Positions 1-7,678 of a DNA stretch of 11,490 nt are shown piece after piece. The translations under genes and the position numbers were made by a program. Origin of the DNA: Azolla caroliniana (Eukaryota; Plantae; Polypodiophyta); NCBI GenBank assembly GCA_043228905.1, contig JBHGNT010001154.1:1-11490 (forward strand), in the 5' to 3' direction. Numbering within the stretch: position 1 is the stretch's first letter; every line of letters begins with the position of its first letter. The notes beneath the pieces are model-generated. The model saw only the letters and a list, made by a program, of their open reading frames with translations. It made no database searches and was not told where the DNA came from.

Positions 1-442
1 AATAGCGGTGCAAAATGTGTCCCATGAGCTAGGCAATGTGCATAGCAAAAATACAGCTTTCAACTCATCATCCATGGTCATTTTCTGAGATTGCAACTAT
101 GACCATAATGCATCAAATTGATTTAAATGAAATGCAACACTATCCGTATCCTTCATACGAAGGTCATAGCTTCCTCATCAAATACACCTTCTTAGCTGTA
201 GTTTCCTTCTCATAGGTATTGCATAGTTTTTTCCAAAGTTCTTCGGAATTTTTGCTGTTTAAGTAGACACTATCCGCCAAGTGCAGTCTTATAGCGGACA
301 TGGTCAAGGCATCAAGTTCCTCCCAATCATCATCATCCATGTCATCCGGCTTCTTCGCTTTGTCGCCTAGGGGCCTCATTTGCTTTCTTTGAACCAATAC
401 ATAACGCATTTGATCCTTCCACAAAGCAAAATTAGATTCATC
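1..442 (-). pseudogene. gag: Ty1/copia LTR retrotransposon gag fragment (UBN2/Retrotran_gag_2-type, Tnt1/Tork-like), decayed; interrupted at ~442 by the LINE and running off the left edge
   Basis: The minus strand reads DESNFALWKDQMRYVLVQ...KPDDMDDDDWEELDALTMSAIRLHLADSV...LWKKLCNTYEKETTAKKVYLMRKL. After a frameshift near 166 it reads DLRMKDTDSVAFHLNQFDALWS*LQSQKMTMDDELKAVFLLCTLPSSWDTFCTAI. These match the copia Gag motifs F-D-G-x-N-F-x-x-W, AIRLHL and LLxxLPxSW. Confidence 0.92.
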
Positions 443-454
443 AGAGAGGAGAGA

Positions 455-1894
455 ATGAAGAGCGCAGTGACGAATGTCGAATAGGTCATGGATGGAGCAA
501 ACAACGCTACCACCGTGAGAGGATCGAATAGCACGAACAACAGGTCGACTACAAAACAACTGCATACACCATTCTCGGTTGACCTGTACACGCAAGCAGG
601 GGAGTCCAGTGCACCCCCCCAAAAGTCACCTCATCTGAGTGATGAGTTAGTCAACCTTTTGCTGTCAAAGGAGGATAAATACACCGTACTGGGAGAAGTT
701 CATAGGCTGGAGACGGTCTCCTTGGTAGTGCAAGTCTAGGGTTTGCGGCCAAATAGATCGGAACTCCGACATATCTTATATGTTGCTATTTCAGAGGAAA
801 TGGCTAGCATCCTCGACATTTAATTTATGTCTAGAGGATGTTATCATGTGGAATTTGGAGATGAGGATTCGGTTAGCAAACTATTCGTAATTAAGGAGGC
901 AGGCGTGGAAGGTGCGTGGATTTCTTTTCATAAATGGTCACATAATATTAAGGTAGACGAGATTTTGCAAGATCAGGAGTCTAGTATGATCTTTATGACG
1001 ATATTCCCCGGTTTGAGGAAAGAGTGGAGGAATGTTCTTCCTCACATTTGGGCTTTGTTAGGAAAAGTCATTGCTACGTGTGATGGACAAGCTTCCGGGT
1101 CAGATAGAGTGGGTGGAGTTCCAGTTGTTAGGGTGATCGCCCCAAGAAGTGTTCATTTGCCAACAACGATTTCTTTACCTAATTTGCTTACCAATAAACC
1201 TCTGGTTATGCAAAATGTGTATTATCAAGGTTTGCCTAACCAATGTTTTGTGTGTCGTCAGTTTGGTCATTTAGGTCGAGAGTGTCAGAAGCGATGCCCA
1301 AATGTTGAATCCCATCCACCTCCTCGATCAGCTGCTAATAATGATGGTTGGTCTTCAGTTTCTATAAAACATGTTTTCAAGACGACAAATACATTGGTTA
1401 ACCCATTGTTATTACTCGAAGCTAACCCTTATCATTTGTTGTAGGAAGTGGAAAAGGATGTCAATAGTAAGAAAGTGGATGCTACAAAGGAACAACGGGT
1501 GGAACAGAATTTACAGGACATCCTTTTACAGGTACAAGAGTTGGAACATGTTACAAAGGTTAATAAGCAATCTAATAAGGGTAAACAAATTGTTTTTGAT
1601 CAAGTACAATAGATTGATATGTCCTTAGTTGTGAATGATGTTAAACAAAATGAAGGGATCAAGGTAGATCTTGTAAATGTTGACATGGATAGTGAGAATA
1701 TAGGTGATTTCACTTATGTTGCTAGGTCTTCGGATAGGGTAGATAAGCACATGCCAGTGCGTTCACATAAGGTGATTGGGAAAGACCTTTGGGCTAATAA
1801 GAGACAATTACGAGCCTCGGAGGATGGAAGGAAGGGTAGAGATGTCGCACTTGCTGAAAGGAGAATAGGGGGAAAAACTATGATTGATGGATAG
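455..1894 (+). pseudogene. LINE ORF1 (DUF4283/RRM-like region plus CCHC zinc knuckle), with in-frame stops
   Basis: ORF-track pieces 488-739, 827-1444 and 1619-1894 share one frame with ATG 455. Stops fall at 482, 737, 821 and 1442. The GCYHVEF...WISFHKW segment resembles plant L1 ORF1. CFVCRQFGHLGREC (CX2CX4HX4C) is at 1244-1285. Confidence 0.85.
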
Positions 1895-4800
1895 GTTAAA
1901 TATTATTTCATGGAATGTACGGGGCTTAGAAGGCAAAAATTGTCGTAAAGTAAGGAATGTTTTCCGTCAGTAGTTGAGAAAGTCTTTGGTAGGTAGGATC
2001 AATATTCTTCTTATTCAAGAGCATCATTTAAATGAGCAAAGGATTCAAAAATATGGAAATATGATGCCAAGCAAGTGGAGACAATTTTGGGTGCCTGTAG
2101 TTGGTGATAATTGTTTGAAAGTGGGACTTTGCATTGCATTAAATGATACTTGGTTGGGTTCCTTCTTGCATTATGGAGTCTTGACATGTGGTCGAGGTCA
2201 ATATGTAATTTTTCAAATAGGATTGAAAAAGTGGGGTCTCATGAATATTTATGCACCGAACCATGCAAGAGATCGAGTGATATTATGGAAAAACATACTT
2301 TCACAGGTACCTAGTGTGGACCATTGGGCGATTGCATGTGATTTCAATATGTTGGAAGATGTGAGTGATAGGTTAGGAGGCATACCACACAATATCTGGT
2401 TCAAAATTATATGAATGGGAACATTTGATTTTTTCCTTGGGATTTATGGACTTGTGGCAAGTGTCTTCTTTTGTAAAGATGCAAGATTCTTTCGCTGATT
2501 CAAGATCAGATAGAAGAGAGTCAAATACCAATTTGTCTAGGCTAGACAGGTTCTATGCTGATAATTTTTTATGGGACAAAGGAGGGTTCATTGGAATCCT
2601 TCCTTCATTCTCCTTTTCGGATCATGCACCTCTTCGTTTAGCTATAATCTTGCAAGACCAGTCTAAAACTTTGAGATTTAGAATTCCGAATCATGTGGTT
2701 CTTAACTAAGATTGGACTTCTAATCTCTACAATCTATGGAATAAGTATGATTATTCTTATGATTTTGCTTTATCTAGTGTTCAGAAGGCTATTATTGAAG
2801 GCTAAGCAAGTATTTCATGCATCTTTAACTAAAATAGGAAGACTTCATAGGGGATTGCGGTCGTTGCAGCATCTCCAAGAGAGAAGCCCATATTCGACTT
2901 ATATAAGCTCTAGAGTGATACAAGTAGGGAATTAGATTTTGGAATTACAAAAAGTTTCAGCTGATTTTACTTATTATAATATACTTTTTGAATGGGCAGA
3001 GTCAGGAGATAAAGTGAATAAACCATTTTTTGCAATGCATAATCATCATAAGCCGACTGCTAGGATTTCTTGTTTAAAATGTCATGATGGCTCTTATACC
3101 ACCAATCCTAGTAAGATGCGTCAAATAGCCTCGAATTATTATGAAAATTTGTTGAAGGCTAGATCCTTTTCTAGAGATGATTTGTTTAAATGGGATATTG
3201 TATGGTCAAGGATTCAAAGTAGAGTATCTATACAACTTTCAGAATGTCTTTTGAAACCATTAATCCCTCAAGAGACTCTGAAAGCAGCAAAGACCTTAGC
3301 AAAGAATGTTTGTCCTGGATTGGATGGGTTGGGGGGTTCAATGGTATATAAAGTATTGGGATTTGATAGGTGAGGGACTAACCAAAGCTTATCAACAAAT
3401 TTTAGATTTTGGAAATATGCCACAAGATTGGAATGAGGGGTTAATATATATGATTCCCAAATCAAGTGGCTAGTTAGAGGAGCTTCAAAATTGGAGACCA
3501 ATTACTTTGTTGAATGTTATCTATAAGATATTAGCAAAAACGATAGGTAGACGTCTACAACCTACCTTTCTAAGTTAATTCATGTTTCCCAAACTGGTTT
3601 TATGCAAGAACGGTGTATTTTTTATAATATTATTCTTTTTTGGGAAATGGTTGCCTTCACTGAACTACATAAGCAAGATTTGGCAGTGTTATTTCTTGAT
3701 TTTGAGAAAGCTTATGACAGAGTGGATTGGGATTTTATGGAGGGTACTTTGCTCAGGGTGGGTTTCCAAATAGATGGATCCGAGGAGTTTCAACACTATA
3801 TCATAATGCACACAACTCTCTTCTATTTGCAGGGGATGTTGGTAGGTGTTTCTCTATTTCAAGATCTATAAGACAAGGATGTCCACTTGCTCCTTTTCTG
3901 TTTCTACTAGTTTCTGAAGCGTTTTCTGTACATTTAAATTCTCATAATTTAAATATCAAACGTTTAGCAATACCATTCACAGATGTTGGCGTGGATAGTG
4001 AGTTTGCTGATGATACATCTCTCTATGTTCAAGCCTCACACGTTAATTTGTTGCAGGTTCAAAAAGCTGTGGATGAATTCTCACATGCATCGGGTGCATT
4101 GATTAATTAGGATAAATCATCAGGTTTTTGGGTGGCTGAGGGAGATCCGCCAATTAATGTATTTAGTTCAAGATTTACATGGATACATACAGGTCATTCT
4201 ATTAGGTATCTAGGATGTAGAGTGGGTTTGGGATTAAATGTAGAAGATATGATAGCGCCTTTGTTGTTAAGATTAAGAAATAAGTTAATATACTGGAATA
4301 AGGAAAAGTTGTCCTTAGCAGGACATGTAGTTGTTGCAAATTCGGTGCTTTTGTCCTCGATTTGGTATATTGCATCTACATGGTTGTTTTCTAGGTCAAT
4401 AATGCTTAAAGTTCAACGTCTACTATGAAATTTTATTTGGGGGAATGCTAGTTCACACACTCTTGTAGCAAAGCTCGCTTGGTCTGTTCTTATACAGTCT
4501 AAACAGAAAGGAGGTTTAGGTTTGATTGATCCCTTAATGCAAAGTAAGGCATTAATGGCAAAACATGTTGTTAGAAGTTTACTGCTTGGAGAGGAGTTAT
4601 GGATTCTTCATTTACATAAGTTTAAGCCATCGATAGGTGGTCAATGTAGGGATAGTCTTATATGGTTCTTTAATTTTTATTTTCCTTTACCTAAATCGTT
4701 TGTTGGGTCTTTACGGTTCTTTAATGGAATTAGTCATGCATGGGAAAGTATTCGTCAAGCACTTGTTTTCTTGCCACCAAAAACTCATTCTCAATTCATG

Positions 4801-6207
4801 CATTAACCATTGTTATGGAATCCTTTATTTATTGATGAAGCTGCATGTGCTTTGGGTTTACAACCTAGGTTATCTTGGGCGGCATTGGATAGTAGCCCCG
4901 CCCGTATGGTTGCGGAGTGGCTAAAGTTTTTGGAGACTTCAGCGCAGGACCAGAGGAATAGGTTGTCTAATTTAAGAGGGGCAAATATTATGTTCTATCA
5001 AGTGTCCACGGTATTTCAGGTAACAATGCCAACTATGAAATTCAACCATTTTCAGAATTGGTATGCTATGTTTTCGACTCTCAATATACTTATAGGAGCT
5101 CGTTTATACCATCAAAATGGCAGCCTTTATTTTTATGAAGTTCTGGATAATGGTAGACTGTTTTTAGTGGAGGAGGAGGCTCCAATTATCTCTTCTGCAA
5201 ATCAATTACTAGTGCGAGTAATTGCTTGTTTAGATAAAAAGATCTTTATAGATCCTAATCCCTTAATTGCTAAATATTCATCTCATATTTGGGTTTTACA
5301 ATCTAGGCCAATTGCTGATTTGCATTGGGATCCGTCTGATTATGGTTGGAAGCTGTCCAGATCTGACACTTCGCAAACGAAGCTCCTCCCATTCTTCACA
5401 TATTCAGTGGCGTTTGGAAGGAATTTTTGTTTGAATAAGATTGAATTGGTACCTGGGGGGAAAAAATATTGGGAGGAAGGTAATGTGTCATCCTCGCATA
5501 TGTTGAAGTTCTGGAAATAGTTTTAGTCACTTAAGTGTATGAATAAGGTATTACATTTTCGATGGTTGATGATTCATTATGCCTTGCCAATAGGAGGTTT
5601 ATTGAGGGGAACAATGCTTGATAGATCATGTGTTATGTGTGGGTTTGCAGTTGAGACATTGCATCATGTTTTTTGGGAATGTGTTGCGGCCAAAAGTTTT
5701 TGGTTTTGAATTGTTAGGTTATTAGGTCGTAAATATAGGTCAGCCATTTTCACGTGGGGTGCAATATTTTGGGGAACGTTGGATCAGCAAAAGGCTTTTT
5801 ATCATTATCATAATTCTTCATTGACTTTATAGGTAAAATGTTTTTAGGTGTACTCTATTACAACCTCCGTACCGAGAATCAAGTTCTTCTCACGGTGTTA
5901 TGTTTGGCAGATTGTTTTCTCTTTGGCCCTATGGGTTTTGTGGAAAGCGAGATGTTCCAAACTATACAACGATGAACAAATTCATGTTGTGGATCAGGTT
6001 AAGACCTTATGGGAATTAGTTATGCATACAGTAAAAGGTGAGTATGATAGTTATAAGGGTTATGGAAATAGAGCTAACCGGAGAAGAAGAAGAATTAGTA
6101 GAGTCTGGGCAGTTATTCCTATTTTGTTGGATGCAGGTGATGATGTTAAGTGGAATTACGTTCCACCTCGTTGGTTGTTTCCGCCACCATCGTCGTTCTT
6201 AGTGTAG
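1887..6207 (+). pseudogene. LINE ORF2: APE-like endonuclease, reverse transcriptase and C-terminal zinc finger (zf-RVT-like), with multiple stops and frameshifts
   Basis: It starts MDRLNIISWNVRGL at ATG 1887. EN motifs are QEHHL, NIYAPN, (C)DFN, SRLDRFY and SDHAP (2617-2631). RT motifs are CPGLDG, WRPITLLNVIYKILAK, LDFEKAYDRVDW, RQGCPLAPFLF, FADD (4003-4014), YLG and KGGLG. The zinc finger CVMCGFAVETLHHVFWEC is at 5629-5682, followed by a WVLWKAR motif and the stop at 6205-6207. Confidence 0.95.
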
Positions 6208-6219
6208 ACAGCATGGCAA

Positions 6220-7105
6220 GGATGAGCGAGGATGTTGTTGAGGTTTGAAGCAAAATTTCATGAGGGGATGAGGACAGTTCATTCATTTTGATTGTTGTCT
6301 ATACATTAATTTGGTGAAAATGGTGAGAGGGTTGCTGTGGAATTATTTTGAAACAGATTTAGTTATTGTAACTTTTAGAACAATGAATGAAGATGGGGAT
6401 GGAGGCAAATACAAAATTTCATGATGGTTTGAGGAGTGTGTATATACAGGAAAGTGCTGAAAATGGAGAAGATTTTGATGGAAAATGGCGAGATGCTTTG
6501 ATGTGCAAGTTTTTTTAAGTAGGCTTATTTATTTTCAGTTTTTAGAATGATGAGTCAAGATGGTGGCAGAGGCAGAAGCAAGGTTTCATGAGGGTTTGAG
6601 GAGAGTGGATTCATTCTGGTCTTGTTTTTGTAGGTACAACACTTGGGCAATGAATGGCAAGATGGTTGTAGTGGAAAATGAAGCTGATTTATTTTAAAAG
6701 GATGAGTGAAGATGGTGGCGGAGGCGGAAGCAAGGTTTCATGAGGGTTTGAGGAGAGTGGATTCATTCTGGTTTTTGTAGGTATAGGACTCGGGTGATGA
6801 ATGGCAAGATGGTTGTAGTGGAAAATGAAGCTAATTTAATTTTGGAAGGATGAGTGAAGATGGTGGTGGAGGTAGAAGCAAGGTTTCATGAGGGTTTCAG
6901 GAGAGTGGATTCATTCTGGTTTTTGTAGGTACAGGACTCAGGTGATGAATGGCAAGATGGTTGTAGTGGAAAATGAAGCTAATTTAATTTTGGAAGGATG
7001 AGTGAAGATGGTGGTGGAGGTAGAAGCAAGGTTTCATGAGGGTTTTAGGAGAGTGGATTCATTTTGGTTTTTGTAGGTATAGGACTCGGGTGATGAATGA
7101 CAAGA
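6220..7105. repeat. Tandem repeat array, about 6 units of ~148-167 bp (last unit truncated)
   Basis: The anchor GGATGAGTGAAGATGG or a variant recurs at ~6220, ~6381, 6548, 6700, 6848 and 6996. AGGTTTCATGAGGGTTT occurs at 6581, 6733, 6881 and 7029 (spacing 152, 148, 148), with degenerate AAATTTCATGA copies at ~6253 and ~6414. Confidence 0.93.
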
Positions 7106-7111
7106 GGATCT

Positions 7112-7604
7112 TGTTGTCCATAGGCAAGAAATATAAATATATTATGTAAACTCACCGTTAGGTAGAAGAGTAGGTGAGGAAATAGGTAAGACTAGAAATA
7201 GCCATGTTTTAGCCCTCACAATCAGCCGATGACTCGGCTCTGTCTGAAGGGAAAAACTATATAACCCAAGTTATGCATACCTCAAGGGGGGTACCTAGAT
7301 CATTCTAAGCAAGAGTAATATCATAGCAGCAAGCTCTGTATGTACTGTTATCGGCTGAAGCCGAGTACTATAATCACTGTGAGCTTTATCATTGAATATA
7401 AGTTTCGTTTTTCTCAACTTCTATCTGTGTATTCTCCCCGTACTCGTAAATCGGGCTATGTTCATACTTAATGGGTTGTAGCCCATGTACGCTCCATGCT
7501 CTCCTCTCTTTTTCCCCATGTAGAAGAGGCTCCCGCGTAACACGATCCCTTGACACTGATAGCCTGTGGGCTCATCGAAGGTGTTTTCCCAGAATCGGTT
7601 AACA
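7112..7604 (+). repeat. Putative 5' LTR (~493 bp) of the non-chromovirus gypsy element
   Basis: It begins TGTTGTCC just after the tandem array breaks and ends GGTTAACA (imperfect terminal inverted repeat, 6/8), 5 nt before the PBS. A TATATAA is at 7258-7264. Only one LTR copy is in the window, so both boundaries are inferred and the right end could be 7606. Confidence 0.7.
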
Positions 7605-7609
7605 CAATT

Positions 7610-7622
7610 TGGCACACCCGGT
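7610..7622 (+). promoter_or_regulatory. Primer-binding site, probably tRNA-Arg(UCU)
   Basis: TGGCACACCCGGT follows the LTR-terminal CA and a short spacer. It is complementary to ...ACCGGGUGUGCCA, which I recall as the 3' end of plant tRNA-Arg(UCU). The tRNA identity is from memory and was not searched. Confidence 0.75.
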
Positions 7623-7678
7623 TACAACTGTAAGGTCACAGTGAACTACGTTGGAAGCAAACTTCAGCCGCCATTACG

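Larger units (their letters stand above)
443..7105 (+). mobile_element. L1-clade LINE (non-LTR retrotransposon), apparently complete at the 5' end, decayed; true 3' end not seen
   Basis: Copia homology stops at ~442. A short GA-rich leader (AGAGAGGAGAGA) precedes ATG 455, followed by ORF1 with a zinc knuckle and ORF2 with APE endonuclease, RT and a C-terminal zinc finger. The coding part ends at 6207. Including 6208-7105 as 3' UTR is inference. Confidence 0.88.

Noticed and set aside
164-622. 152-aa minus-strand ORF as one real protein
   Set aside because: It is a chimera. The N-terminal ~60 aa are the antisense of the LINE 5' end, and only the part from DESNFALW onward is copia Gag.
6208-6300. 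LINE poly(A) tail or telomeric repeat at the ORF2 end
   Set aside because: Neither an A-run nor a TTTAGGG-type array is present. The ~148-167 bp tandem units begin almost immediately.
6220-7105. CRISPR array
   Set aside because: Whole ~148-bp units are repeated with no unique spacers, there are no cas genes, and the context is eukaryotic TE sequence.
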